Assembly (NCBI GenBank): GCA_934444645.1
Contig: CAKSCV010000007.1
Coordinates: forward strand, 1,447 to 65,446
Length of the DNA stretch: 64,000 nt
Reading direction: 5' to 3'
Origin: an uncultured Eubacteriales bacterium
GTDB taxonomy: Bacteria; Bacillota; Clostridia; Oscillospirales; CAG-382
Every line of letters begins with the position of its first letter. Within the stretch, counting starts at the first letter, position 1. This document shows positions 25,556 to 35,492 of this stretch, piece by piece. The notes beneath the pieces were generated by a model. It ran no database searches and was not told the origin of the DNA. It saw only the letters and a list, made by a program, of their open reading frames with translations. The position numbers and the translations under genes are program-made.

Positions 25556-26260
25556 ATGCCTAAATACAAACGCGTCTTATTAAAATTGTCGGGCGAAGCA
25601 CTTAAAAATGCCTCCGACAAGGGAATCATCGATTTTGACTTTACCGCTAAGGTCGCCGAACAAATCAAACGCTGCACCGATGAGGGCGTTTCGTTCGGAC
25701 TTGTCATCGGCGGCGGCAACATCTGGCGCGGCGCCGGAAAAATGATCGACCGCACGCGTGCCGACCATATGGGAATGCTCGCTACCGTCATCAATTCGCT
25801 TGCCGTGCAGACGGTGCTTGAAGAACACGGTGTTCCGACGCGTGTCATGACGGCACTGCAAATGAATCAGATCGCCGAACCTTATATCCGCAACCGCGCC
25901 GTCTCCCATCTTGAAAAGGGCAGAGCCGTTATCATCGGCTGTGGCACGGGCAACCCCTATTTTTCCACCGACACGGCAGCGGTTTTAAGAGCGGCTGAAA
26001 TCGGCGCGGATGTTGTGCTGTTTGCCAAGAATATTGACGGTGTCTACACGGCAGACCCCAAAAAAGACCCGAATGCCAAGAAAATCGATGAAATGACGTA
26101 TGATGATATCATCCACCATGACCTCGGCGTTATCGACAGCACCGCGTCTTCGTTCGGCCGCGACAACAAGCTTCCCATCATCATCTTCGGTCTGAACGAC
26201 CCGGAAAACATTTATAAAGCCGTCTGTGGCGAAAAAATCGGTACGATCGTCCGCAACTGA
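25556..26260 (+). CDS. pyrH: UMP kinase
   Basis: [16 protein letters not shown]..., [21 protein letters not shown]. Confidence 0.95.
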   Translation: MPKYKRVLLKLSGEALKNASDKGIIDFDFTAKVAEQIKRCTDEGVSFGLVIGGGNIWRGAGKMIDRTRADHMGMLATVINSLAVQTVLEEHGVPTRVMTALQMNQIAEPYIRNRAVSHLEKGRAVIIGCGTGNPYFSTDTAAVLRAAEIGADVVLFAKNIDGVYTADPKKDPNAKKIDEMTYDDIIHHDLGVIDSTASSFGRDNKLPIIIFGLNDPENIYKAVCGEKIGTIVRN

Positions 26261-26292
26261 ATTATGATTTTATTTGGAAAGGAAATACTATT

Positions 26293-26847
26293 ATGAAACT
26301 CGAACTGAAAGAATTTGAAGAAAAGATGAAAAAGTCTGTCGCCGGACTTGAAAGCGAATATGCCACCATCAGTGCCGGCCGCGCCAGCGCGTCGGTTCTC
26401 GATCGCGTGCAGGTCGAATACTTCGGCAGCAATATGCCGATCAATCAGGTCGCCGAAATCAAAATGCCCGACCCGCGCACACTTGTTATCTCGCCGTGGG
26501 ACGCTTCCTGCTTAAAGAACATCGAAAAAGCCATCCTTGCTTCCGACCTCGGTATCAATCCGCAGAACGACGGTAAGGTCATCCGTCTTGCTTTCCCGCA
26601 GCCGACCGAGGAACGCCGCAAGGAGCTTGCCAAAAAAGCGGAAAAATTTGCCGAAGAGTGCAAGGTTGCCGTGAGAAATGTCCGCCGCGATGCCAATGAA
26701 AAGGCTAAGGAAATGAAAAAGAACGGCGCCATGACCGAGGATGAGCAAAAGGCTTCCGAAAAGCAGGTGCAGGAACTGACCGACAAATATGTGGCCAATA
26801 TCGATAAGGTTGCCGAAACCAAAAAGAAAGAGATCATGACGGTCTGA
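26293..26847 (+). CDS. frr: Ribosome recycling factor
   Basis: 184 aa with LDRVQVEYFGSNMPINQVA and PQPTEERRKELAK. Confidence 0.95.
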   Translation: MKLELKEFEEKMKKSVAGLESEYATISAGRASASVLDRVQVEYFGSNMPINQVAEIKMPDPRTLVISPWDASCLKNIEKAILASDLGINPQNDGKVIRLAFPQPTEERRKELAKKAEKFAEECKVAVRNVRRDANEKAKEMKKNGAMTEDEQKASEKQVQELTDKYVANIDKVAETKKKEIMTV

Positions 26848-27605
26848 TGTTCTCGTTTTTCAAGAAAAAAGAACCCGAAATTCCCGAACGCGTGCCGAAG
26901 CACGTGGCGTTTGTGCTCGACGGCAACGGCCGTTGGGCTGCAAAGCGCGCTCTTCCGCGCACGGCAGGTCACAAAGCCGGTGCAACAAAGTTTGAAGAGA
27001 TTACCGAGGTCTGTCACCAAGCCGGTGTGGAGACAATCACGGCGTATGCCTTTTCGACCGAGAACTGGAAGCGTTCGAAAGAGGAAATCGACGGCATTAT
27101 TGCGCTTCTTGACACGTATCTTGACGATTTGATCGAGATCAAGTATAAGAAGAATATCCGGCTTCGCGTGCTTGGCGATAACACAGCGTTTCCGGATTAT
27201 ATTCAGGAAAAGATTCGGATCGCGGAGGAAAAGACCGCGCCGAATAAATATAATTTGAATCTCTGCTTAAACTACGGCGGACGTGCAGAGCTGTGCCATG
27301 CATTCAACCGCTTGATTGAACGCGGCTTTACGCAGGTGACGGAGGAGGACATCGCGTCGGAGCTTTACACCGCGCCGACGGGCGACCCAGACATCATTAT
27401 CCGCACGGGCGGCGACACACGGCTTTCGAACTTTTTGCTGTGGCAGGCGTCGTATGCGGAGCTGTATTTCACGCCGACGTTATGGCCGGATTTCTCGAAA
27501 GAGGAATTGTATGAGATTTTCCGCAGATTTTCAAAGACCAGCCGCCGCTATGGCGGCTATGGCGCACAGGCTGCGCCGCGCGAAAATTTGGCGGAGAAGA
27601 AATAA
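26847..27605 (+). CDS. uppS: Isoprenyl transferase (undecaprenyl diphosphate synthase)
   Basis: HVAFVLDGNGRWA, TAYAFSTENWKR, RTGGDTRLSNFLLWQ. The ATG overlaps the frr stop (TGATG). Confidence 0.95.
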   Translation: MFSFFKKKEPEIPERVPKHVAFVLDGNGRWAAKRALPRTAGHKAGATKFEEITEVCHQAGVETITAYAFSTENWKRSKEEIDGIIALLDTYLDDLIEIKYKKNIRLRVLGDNTAFPDYIQEKIRIAEEKTAPNKYNLNLCLNYGGRAELCHAFNRLIERGFTQVTEEDIASELYTAPTGDPDIIIRTGGDTRLSNFLLWQASYAELYFTPTLWPDFSKEELYEIFRRFSKTSRRYGGYGAQAAPRENLAEKK

Positions 27606-27693
27606 AGTGCGCGGCTGCTTGGCGCGGCGTACCTGTTTTGCAAATTCCGGTATCACGTATCCGTAAGCGGTACGACAACAAGGATGTGACGAA

Positions 27694-28557
27694 TTGAAAC
27701 AGCGGATTATTACAGGAGCGATTTTTGCGGCACTTGTTATGGTGGTGCTGTTCTTCTCGCACACATGGGTGTATCCGGCGGTGATTTTGCTTTTGAGCAT
27801 TATCGGCGCGTCGGAAATGCTTCGGTGCGTCGGTGTTTGGAAAGAGCTGACATTAAGTGTGCCGAGTATGCTGTATGCGGTGCTTTGCCCGATTCTTGCC
27901 ATGGAATACCGGTACGGCGTTCTCATGGCTGCCACGATGGGCTACCTGTTTATCATGCTGTTTATGCTTGTGTTTGCGCATGAAAAGGTCAATACCGAAC
28001 GCACCTGCACGGCGTACACCATGATCGTGTATATCACGATCTGCTTTGTGTGCCTCATCCGGCTTCGCTATGTGACCACCGAGACCGGCATGGATACCGG
28101 CCGCATGGTGGGGCAGTACATCTATTTGCTGGTCTTTATTGCCGCGTGGATCACCGATACGTTCGCCTATTTTACCGGCGTGTTTTTCGGCAGGCATAAG
28201 CTTTGCCCGAAGATCAGCCCCAAAAAGACGGTTGAAGGCTCGCTCGGCGGCATCGCCTTTTGTGTGCTTGCGTTTTTGATTTACGGGTTTGCCGTTTCGC
28301 GGATGTTTCCGCTTGAGCCGAATTATCTCGGCCTTGCGGCGGTCGGTGTTGTCATGTCGATCCTGTCGCAGGTGGGCGATCTTTTGGCGTCGGTCATCAA
28401 GCGCACATACGGTGTGAAGGATTACGGCAAGCTGTTCCCGGGACACGGCGGCGTGCTTGACCGGTTTGACAGTGTGCTGTTATTAGCGCCGTTTCTGTTG
28501 GCACTGGTGGAGGATGCGCAGTTTTTGCAGCTGATTTTCCGGGTTGCCGCACAATAA
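27694..28557 (+). CDS. cdsA: Phosphatidate cytidylyltransferase
   Basis: Polytopic membrane protein with C-terminal signature SVIKRTYGVKDYGKLFPGHGGVLDRFDS. TTG start. Confidence 0.9.
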   Translation: MKQRIITGAIFAALVMVVLFFSHTWVYPAVILLLSIIGASEMLRCVGVWKELTLSVPSMLYAVLCPILAMEYRYGVLMAATMGYLFIMLFMLVFAHEKVNTERTCTAYTMIVYITICFVCLIRLRYVTTETGMDTGRMVGQYIYLLVFIAAWITDTFAYFTGVFFGRHKLCPKISPKKTVEGSLGGIAFCVLAFLIYGFAVSRMFPLEPNYLGLAAVGVVMSILSQVGDLLASVIKRTYGVKDYGKLFPGHGGVLDRFDSVLLLAPFLLALVEDAQFLQLIFRVAAQ

Positions 28558-28641
28558 ATATGTTTCGATTCTGTTCGAGCCTGCCCTTTCCCGGCAGGCT
28601 CGACGCAAAGTGCGATAAAATATGTATGTAAGGAAAGAATT

Positions 28642-29415
28642 ATGATAAAGCTTGTGGTATGCGATATCGACGGAACGCTTCTCGAAAAGGGAGCGTCGGT
28701 GCTGTCTGAGGAAACGGCTGACGCGCTTGGTGCGCTTGTTTCTGCCGGGAAACAGGTGGCTCTTGCTTCGGGCCGCTCGTATTACAGTATGCGGCGCGTG
28801 ACCGAACACCTGCCGTTTGCCGATGCGTTATATTATATCTGCGACGACGGCGCGATTTGCGTTTATGGCGGAAAAACGCTGTATCACAAGCCGTTATCCA
28901 TCGAAAACCTGCTGAAATTCGACCGCAATCCGGCCTATTCCGGCTGTCCGGTGTTATATTTTTCGGACACGTTTTCCTATGTGACTGGTGCGACGCCGGA
29001 ATTTTTGGAATTGATCAAAGAAAACGGTGTGGATGAGGCGCATCCGATCTCCGGCATTTACGAAATCAAGGAGCCGGTCTACAAGATCGGCGTTTACGGC
29101 GGTTTTAACCGCCCCGAACCGCTCCTGCCGCAGCCGTTTGACCTGCGTATCTGCTATCATGCGGACGGGTGGCTCGAATATGCGTCGCGCTTTGCCGACA
29201 AAGGGCTTGCCGTGTCCGATCTGCAAATGCGGTTGTATTTGTCCAAATTCGATACAGCCGCGCTCGGCGACGGCGAAAACGATCTCAGCATGTTTGCCAA
29301 GGCGAAAGTCACGTTTGCCAGACGCGGCGGGCATGAAGGCTTGGAAGCGGCGGCGACTGATACGTTTGCGCCGGGCGAAGCGGCGGACGTGTTAAAAAGA
29401 TTGGCGGATAAATAG
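28642..29415 (+). CDS. HAD-IIB (Cof-type) phosphatase
   Basis: MIKLVVCDIDGTLL motif I and GDGENDLSMF motif IV. Confidence 0.8.
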   Translation: MIKLVVCDIDGTLLEKGASVLSEETADALGALVSAGKQVALASGRSYYSMRRVTEHLPFADALYYICDDGAICVYGGKTLYHKPLSIENLLKFDRNPAYSGCPVLYFSDTFSYVTGATPEFLELIKENGVDEAHPISGIYEIKEPVYKIGVYGGFNRPEPLLPQPFDLRICYHADGWLEYASRFADKGLAVSDLQMRLYLSKFDTAALGDGENDLSMFAKAKVTFARRGGHEGLEAAATDTFAPGEAADVLKRLADK

Positions 29416-29521
29416 AAAGGATGCTAAGGCTCAAAACTGCTTAGGTTAATATCCGTTGCTTGCGGCAACGAGCCTTTTTCCGTATACTAAGGGCAATAAC
29501 AAAGAAAAGAGGTTATTCCCG

Positions 29522-30034
29522 ATGTTAAGTGAAAACATACGAATTTTTCGAAAAGCCAAAGCCCTTTCCCAAGAAGAGCTTTCCGCAAAGCTACATGTGG
29601 TGCGGCAGACGGTTTCCAAATGGGAGACGGGCTTATCCGTGCCGGATGCCGAACTGCTTGTGGCTTTGTCGGAGGTATTGGAAACGCCGGTGGGCGTTCT
29701 GCTCGGCGAAACGGCGGCTCTGCCGCAAGTTGACGACATCAAGGCGATTGCCGAAAAGCTGGAAAGCATCAATTTACTGCTTGCAAGGCAGAAAGAAATG
29801 CGCCGAAAAACGCTTCATCTGTTTTTTGTGCTTTTCGGCGTCGGTACGGCGCTTCTTTTTGCTTTACTTGTCCTTTGGAAAAGCCCCTATTTGAATTGGG
29901 ATTATGCCGACCCGGAAACCGCTGTTTTTGGCGCGGCGTTCCATGCGGCGGAATATGTGTTTGTGCGTGTGCTGCCGTTTCTTTTGACAGGTGCGGCGGC
30001 AGGTGCATGGCTGACGCGAAAAAACAGACGGTAA
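29522..30034 (+). CDS. XRE-family helix-turn-helix protein with C-terminal transmembrane segments
   Basis: MLSENIRIFRKAKALSQEELSAKLHVVRQTVSKWETG HTH followed by two hydrophobic helices. Confidence 0.75.
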   Translation: MLSENIRIFRKAKALSQEELSAKLHVVRQTVSKWETGLSVPDAELLVALSEVLETPVGVLLGETAALPQVDDIKAIAEKLESINLLLARQKEMRRKTLHLFFVLFGVGTALLFALLVLWKSPYLNWDYADPETAVFGAAFHAAEYVFVRVLPFLLTGAAAGAWLTRKNRR

Positions 30035-30091
30035 GTGCTTGCGCAGAGAATGGCCGCAAGCGGTTTTTGTGAGAAACAGGAGAAAAGCCCG

Positions 30092-30637
30092 ATGAAATAC
30101 AGCCAAAAAATTATCTTAAAAAACGGAAAAGAAGCACTGCTTCGGAACGGCACAGCGGCGGACGGGGCTGCGGCTCTCGAAAACTTCAACAGGACGCACG
30201 CAGAAACCGATTTTTTGCTTTCCTATCCGGGTGAAAAAGGTTTTACAACGGAGCAGGAAGCGACCTTTTTGGAGGAGAAGGAAAAAAGTGCAGGCGAAGT
30301 GGAAATCGTCGCTTTTGTGGATGGCAAAGTAGCCGGAACAGCCGGAATCGACGCGGTCGGCTGCCGGTACAAGGTGAAACACCGCGCCGAATTCGGCATC
30401 AGCATTGCCAAGGAATATTGGGGCTTAGGGCTTGGCAGAGCTTTGACGGAGGCTTGTATAAAATGCGCCAAAGAGGCAGGTTACACGCAGCTTGAACTTG
30501 ATGTTGTGGCGGAAAATAAAAGCGCGCTTGCCTTGTACCGTAAAGTCGGCTTTGTGGAATACGGGCGGAATCCGCGCGGCTTTTGCTCCCGGTTCAGCGG
30601 CTACCAAGAGCTTGTTTATATGCGGCTTGAGTTGTAA
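30092..30637 (+). CDS. GNAT family N-acetyltransferase
   Basis: Acetyl-CoA motif A WGLGLGRALTEACIKCAKEAGYTQLELDVVAENKSALALYRKVGF. Confidence 0.8.
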   Translation: MKYSQKIILKNGKEALLRNGTAADGAAALENFNRTHAETDFLLSYPGEKGFTTEQEATFLEEKEKSAGEVEIVAFVDGKVAGTAGIDAVGCRYKVKHRAEFGISIAKEYWGLGLGRALTEACIKCAKEAGYTQLELDVVAENKSALALYRKVGFVEYGRNPRGFCSRFSGYQELVYMRLEL

Positions 30638-30681
30638 TCGGGACATATTCCCGCAAAATTCGATTTCGAAAAGGAACGATC

Positions 30682-33267
30682 ATGAAAAAACTTTTAGTTG
30701 TTGACGGAAACAGTATCTTGAACCGCGCCTTTTACGGCGTGCGGCCGCTCACCACGCGCGACGGGCGAAACACAAACGCCATTTTCGGCTTTATCAACAT
30801 GCTGTATAAGCAGCTCACCGACCTTGCGCCGGATTATGCCGCCATTGCTTTTGATCTGAAAGCGCCGACCTTCCGGCACAAAGCGTGCGACTATTACAAG
30901 GCAACGCGCAAAGGGATGCCCGAAGAGCTTGCCGAGCAGTTGGAGCCTGCCAAAAACATCGCGCGCCTTATGGGCTTTCACGAGCTGTCGCTCGAGGGCT
31001 ATGAAGCCGACGATATTTTAGGCACGCTTTCCATGCTGTCGGATGAGCACACGCACGCGTATTTGATGACCGGCGACCGCGATTCTTATCAGCTTATCAC
31101 CGACACCACGTCGGTTTTATACGTTTCCACCAAGGAAACCGTAATCTACGGTAAAGAAAAGGTTGCCGAACTTTACGGCGGTCTTGCACCGCACGATTTG
31201 ATTGATGTGAAAGCCTTAATGGGCGACACATCTGACAACATTCCCGGCGTTCCCGGCATCGGCGAAAAGACGGCGGTGTCGCTCATTGCCCGTTTCGGCT
31301 CGCTCGACGGCGTTTATGCGGCATTAGATGAAGGAAATCCCGAAATCAAGGGTGCAGTCAAAACCAAGCTTGAAAACGGAAAGGATTCAGCATATGAAAG
31401 CCGTTTTTTGGCGGAGATATGCAAGACCGTTCCGCTTGGCCTTACGCTTTCCGATCTTGTATACAAGGGCATGGACGCGGCAGGACTTTTGCCGGTTTGC
31501 CGCGATCTGGAATTAAACAGCATTATAAACCGCCTAAAGCTCGAAGAGCTTGCCGGAAAGGCGCAAAAGGCCGCAGACAATCTCTCCTTGTTCGACACAC
31601 CGGTTGAGAGCCTTGCGGCAACGGCTGCCGAAGCACTTCCGGAGTCGGACGAGCCGCTTTTCGTGTATTGGGACAAGGACGCACAAAAGCTGTTTTTCGG
31701 AACGGCGGCAAGCGATGAGGTATTTGTGCTTCGCGGCACGCCCGACAAGGCGGTGCTTGCGGAGCTTTTGGAAAACCCGTCGCGCCGCGTGGTGCTTCAC
31801 AATCTCAAGGACTGGTGTCTTGCCGCTTCCGCGTGGGATGTAGAGGTGAAAAACTGCGTGTTCGACGTGCTTCTTGCGTCGTATGTGGCGGATCCGTCGA
31901 GCGTCATCGGGGCGGATACGCTTGCCGCGTATGCCGGTGTTTTGGGCGTTGATCCGAACGATCCGGAGCAGAAAGCCGTGCTTTCGGTCATGGGACTTCG
32001 CAAGGCGTATGCCGACTTACTGCCGGTGATTGAAAGAAACGGCCAAACGGCGTTGTTATATGACATTGAGATGCCGTTATCGCACGTGCTTGCGCAAATG
32101 GAGCATGTTGGCTTCAAGCTTGACCGCGAGGGACTTGCCGCGTTTTCCGCGTCGCTTGACGCGCGGCTTGATGCCCGAAAAGAGAGCATTTACAGCTATG
32201 CCGGCGGCGAATTCAACATCAATTCCACCAAGCAGCTTGCGGTCGTGCTTTTCGAAACGCTTGGTCTTCCGGCAGGACGCAAGACCAAGAGCGGCTATTC
32301 GACCGACGCCGAAACGCTCGAACATTTACGTCCGTATCATCCGATCATCGATGAAATTCTCGAATACCGCCAAGTCGCTAAATTAAAGAGCACCTACACC
32401 GACGCGCTTCTCGACGTTGCCGACGAAAACGGCCGCATCCATACCAATTTCAAGCAAGCCTTTACGCTCACCGGCCGTCTTTCGAGTGCCGAGCCGAATT
32501 TGCAGAACATTCCCATCCGCACGGAGGAAGGACGCGAACTGCGCCGCTTCTTTGTGCCGCAAAGCGACGATTACGTTCTCATTGACGCCGACTATTCCCA
32601 GATCGAACTGCGGCTTATGGCGGCTATGAGCGGCGACGAAAACATGATCGAGACCTACCGAGAGGGCAAGGACATTCACACGTCCACCGCCTCCCAAGTG
32701 TTCGGCGTTCCGGAGGACGAAGTGACCTCCGACCTGCGCAAAAAGGCGAAGGCGGTCAATTTCGGCATTATTTACGGCATTTCCGATTTCTCTCTTGCAG
32801 GTGATATCCACGTTTCGCGCAAGGAGGCCGGCGATTATATCCGGTCGTATTTTGCAAGATACCCGAAAATCAAGGAATATCTCGATAATGCCGTTGCTTC
32901 GGCACGCGAGAAGGGCTATTCCGAAACGTTATATGCACGCCGCCGGTATATTCCGGAGCTGACGGCAAAAAACAAAAATATGCAGAACTTCGGCGAACGC
33001 GTTGCCATGAATGCACCGATCCAAGGCACGGCAGCCGATATCATCAAAATCGCCATGATCCATGTGGCAAAACGGTTACAGGAGGAAAGCCCGGCGGCAC
33101 GGCTTGTGTTGCAGGTGCATGACGAGCTGATTGTGGAAGCGCCGAAAACCGAACGCGAGAAGGTCGAACGTCTGCTTGTCGAAGAAATGGAACACGCCGC
33201 AAGCCTTGCCGTGCCGCTTGAAGTGTCGGCAGGCTTCGGTTCGACGTGGTACGACGCGCATTCTTGA
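30682..33267 (+). CDS. polA: DNA polymerase I
   Basis: 861 aa. 5' nuclease N-terminus (LLVVDGNSILNRAFY, GDTSDNIPGVPGIGEKTA). Pol motifs DYSQIELR, RKKAKAVNFGIIYG, QVHDELIVE. Confidence 0.95.
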   Translation: MKKLLVVDGNSILNRAFYGVRPLTTRDGRNTNAIFGFINMLYKQLTDLAPDYAAIAFDLKAPTFRHKACDYYKATRKGMPEELAEQLEPAKNIARLMGFHELSLEGYEADDILGTLSMLSDEHTHAYLMTGDRDSYQLITDTTSVLYVSTKETVIYGKEKVAELYGGLAPHDLIDVKALMGDTSDNIPGVPGIGEKTAVSLIARFGSLDGVYAALDEGNPEIKGAVKTKLENGKDSAYESRFLAEICKTVPLGLTLSDLVYKGMDAAGLLPVCRDLELNSIINRLKLEELAGKAQKAADNLSLFDTPVESLAATAAEALPESDEPLFVYWDKDAQKLFFGTAASDEVFVLRGTPDKAVLAELLENPSRRVVLHNLKDWCLAASAWDVEVKNCVFDVLLASYVADPSSVIGADTLAAYAGVLGVDPNDPEQKAVLSVMGLRKAYADLLPVIERNGQTALLYDIEMPLSHVLAQMEHVGFKLDREGLAAFSASLDARLDARKESIYSYAGGEFNINSTKQLAVVLFETLGLPAGRKTKSGYSTDAETLEHLRPYHPIIDEILEYRQVAKLKSTYTDALLDVADENGRIHTNFKQAFTLTGRLSSAEPNLQNIPIRTEEGRELRRFFVPQSDDYVLIDADYSQIELRLMAAMSGDENMIETYREGKDIHTSTASQVFGVPEDEVTSDLRKKAKAVNFGIIYGISDFSLAGDIHVSRKEAGDYIRSYFARYPKIKEYLDNAVASAREKGYSETLYARRRYIPELTAKNKNMQNFGERVAMNAPIQGTAADIIKIAMIHVAKRLQEESPAARLVLQVHDELIVEAPKTEREKVERLLVEEMEHAASLAVPLEVSAGFGSTWYDAHS

Positions 33268-33287
33268 GTGCCGGAAAGGAAACCATC

Positions 33288-34427
33288 ATGAAATTAACGT
33301 TACTCGGCTCGACCGGTTCGATCGGCACACAGGCCATCGATGTGGCACTGCATTTGGGACTTACGGTGGAGGCGCTGTCGGCGCATTCCAATGTGAAACT
33401 GTTAGAGGAGCAGCTGCGCAAAACGGGTGCACGCGTTTGCGGTGTGGCGGATGAGAAAGCTGCCAAGGATTTGAAAGACCGCACGCGCGATCTTTCGGTC
33501 GGGATACTTGTCGGAGAAACGGCGGCGGCAGAGCTTGCCGCGCGTCCCGGCTCGGATACGCTTCTCAACGCCATTATCGGCTTTTCCGGCATGCTGCCGA
33601 CGCTTGAAGCCATTGAAAGCGGCAAGAACATTGCCATTGCCAACAAGGAAACGCTTGTGGCGGCAGGTGAGCTTGTCATGCCGCTTGCACGTGAAAAAGG
33701 CGTACATATCCTGCCGGTGGACAGCGAACACTGCGCCATTCATGAAGCCCTGCACGGCAACGACAAAAAGACGGTGAACCGCCTTATCATCACCGGCTCG
33801 GGCGGCCCGTTTTTCGGCTATACGCGTGAAAAACTGGAGGCCGTGACACCCGAACAGGCACTGAAGCACCCGAACTGGAGCATGGGCAAGGGCATTACGG
33901 TTTACAGCTCAACACTGGTCAACAAGGGACTCGAAATGATCGAAGCCATCCGCCTGTTTGATATGCCCGAGGACAAGGTGGATATTCTCATCAACCGTCA
34001 GAGCATTATTCATTCGCTTGTCGAATTCATCGATCATTCCATGCTTGCCCAGCTTGCCGTGCCGGATATGCGGCTATGTATTCAGTATGCGCTGACTTAT
34101 CCCGAAAAGCTGCCGGGACTTACACCGCCGCTCGACCTTGCCAAGGTCGGAACGCTGACGTTTGCGAATGTGGACAACGAGACCTTCCCGTCGGTGGACA
34201 TGGCACGGCGTGCCGTGCGGCGCGGCGGTATCAGCCCATGCGTTTACAATGCGGCCAACGAGACTTGTGTTGACCTGTTTTTGGCACGAAAGATAAAGTA
34301 TACCGACATTTTCACGCTGATTGATGCGGCGTGTGAGCATTTCGGTGCCGGCGACGGCGTTCTTACACCGGAAAAGATTGTAAGTGCTGACCGGGACGCA
34401 CGGGAATTTGTCAAAGCACAGATATGA
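33288..34427 (+). CDS. dxr: 1-deoxy-D-xylulose 5-phosphate reductoisomerase
   Basis: MKLTLLGSTGSIGTQ, ANKETLV, LPVDSEH, HPNWSMG. Confidence 0.95.
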   Translation: MKLTLLGSTGSIGTQAIDVALHLGLTVEALSAHSNVKLLEEQLRKTGARVCGVADEKAAKDLKDRTRDLSVGILVGETAAAELAARPGSDTLLNAIIGFSGMLPTLEAIESGKNIAIANKETLVAAGELVMPLAREKGVHILPVDSEHCAIHEALHGNDKKTVNRLIITGSGGPFFGYTREKLEAVTPEQALKHPNWSMGKGITVYSSTLVNKGLEMIEAIRLFDMPEDKVDILINRQSIIHSLVEFIDHSMLAQLAVPDMRLCIQYALTYPEKLPGLTPPLDLAKVGTLTFANVDNETFPSVDMARRAVRRGGISPCVYNAANETCVDLFLARKIKYTDIFTLIDAACEHFGAGDGVLTPEKIVSADRDAREFVKAQI

Positions 34428-34430
34428 TAT

Positions 34431-34464
34431 AAAAATCCGTCTGTATGAAAGCAGACGGATTTTT
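34431..34464. terminator. Bidirectional intrinsic terminator (dxr / DUF975 convergent pair)
   Basis: AAAATCCGTCTG / CAGACGGATTTT 12-bp stem. Confidence 0.75.
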
Positions 34465-34493
34465 GTGCCTGTCAAGCAGGAGAATTTGAAGTG

Positions 34494-35321
34494 TTATTGC
34501 ATGTCGGACGGGTTTGAGCCGGTATCGGCGGCGGAATCGGGATTGATCGGTTCGGCAGCCGCCGGTTCGATAGCGATCGGTTGAGCTTCGGTCGGTGTTT
34601 CTGCGGCGGCTTCGGGTTTATCGGTTCGAAGCGCGTCGTAAAGTGCCGCGCCGGTTAACATAGTATAAGGGGCAACCCAGAATAGCCCGAGAAGTCCGAT
34701 CGTAAAGATGTTTAGGAGATTCCACAGAATGAAGCTGAGATCAAGCACGAAAGCCTCCCACTTGTTGCCGTCCATCATGGCTTTGCTTGCCGCAAAGGCT
34801 TCGTCCTTGCTCATTTCGGGATGATCTGCCAAAAGATATGGGATCATGCGGTATTCATAGCTTTTGACAATGCCGGGAATAATGAGGAGAAGCGACCAAA
34901 GAAACGTGCAGAAATCCATTAAAAACATCACATACACGTTTCTCTTGTAGCTTTTCTCAAAGCCTTTTCCGAGGTTGGAAAGATTTCCGCTGTTGTTCAA
35001 AGCGTCCGAAGCGTATTTATAAATGCCGAGCGTCAAAGGATTGATAAGCAACAGCTTGATACAGATGCTGACGGCAAAAAGGATGAAAGCGAACAGGCCG
35101 AAGAATGCCCAAACCGTGCCGGGAACCTCTGCAAGGGAGTAAACAATCGCCCGCGTTTGTTCCGGCGTTTGCATGGACACGGGAAGCTGTATCCGGATGT
35201 TGACGCCTCCGCTTCCGCCTCCGGCAAGCAGGGAAAAAAGAAACGCGGCCAAAACGGTTTTCCAATAGCTGCGTTTAACGGCGATTTTGGCTTTTTGTTT
35301 CAGGCCTTTTCTTGTCCACAT
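34494..35321 (-). CDS. DUF975 family membrane protein
   Basis: N-terminus WTRKGLKQKAKIAVKRSYWKTVLAAFL is typical of DUF975. Several TM helices and a Pro/Ala/Glu-rich tail. Confidence 0.65.
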   Translation of the reverse strand: MWTRKGLKQKAKIAVKRSYWKTVLAAFLFSLLAGGGSGGVNIRIQLPVSMQTPEQTRAIVYSLAEVPGTVWAFFGLFAFILFAVSICIKLLLINPLTLGIYKYASDALNNSGNLSNLGKGFEKSYKRNVYVMFLMDFCTFLWSLLLIIPGIVKSYEYRMIPYLLADHPEMSKDEAFAASKAMMDGNKWEAFVLDLSFILWNLLNIFTIGLLGLFWVAPYTMLTGAALYDALRTDKPEAAAETPTEAQPIAIEPAAAEPINPDSAADTGSNPSDMQ

Positions 35322-35442
35322 AAAAAATTACCTCCGAAAACATTTATACTTTAATATAACATAAAAAATAAGGGAAATTGACATATAATCAAATATAATT
35401 TGTAAATTATCGTCGCGTTTGTCCGGCTGCTTTTGAAAGCCC

Positions 35443-35471
35443 TTGACAGAATGCACGCTTTTTTCTATAAT
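35443..35471 (+). promoter_or_regulatory. Sigma-70-type promoter for pgeF
   Basis: TTGACA, 17 nt spacer, TATAAT (perfect consensus). Confidence 0.6.
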
Positions 35472-35492
35472 AAGCTAAAGGAGAGATTTGCC

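Noticed and set aside
29522-30637. The XRE-HTH plus GNAT pair could be a GNAT-type toxin-antitoxin module.
   Set aside because: The HTH protein has C-terminal transmembrane helices and is not a DUF1778/RHH antitoxin. The genes are separated by 57 nt. The GNAT looks like an ordinary RimI/RimJ-type acetyltransferase.
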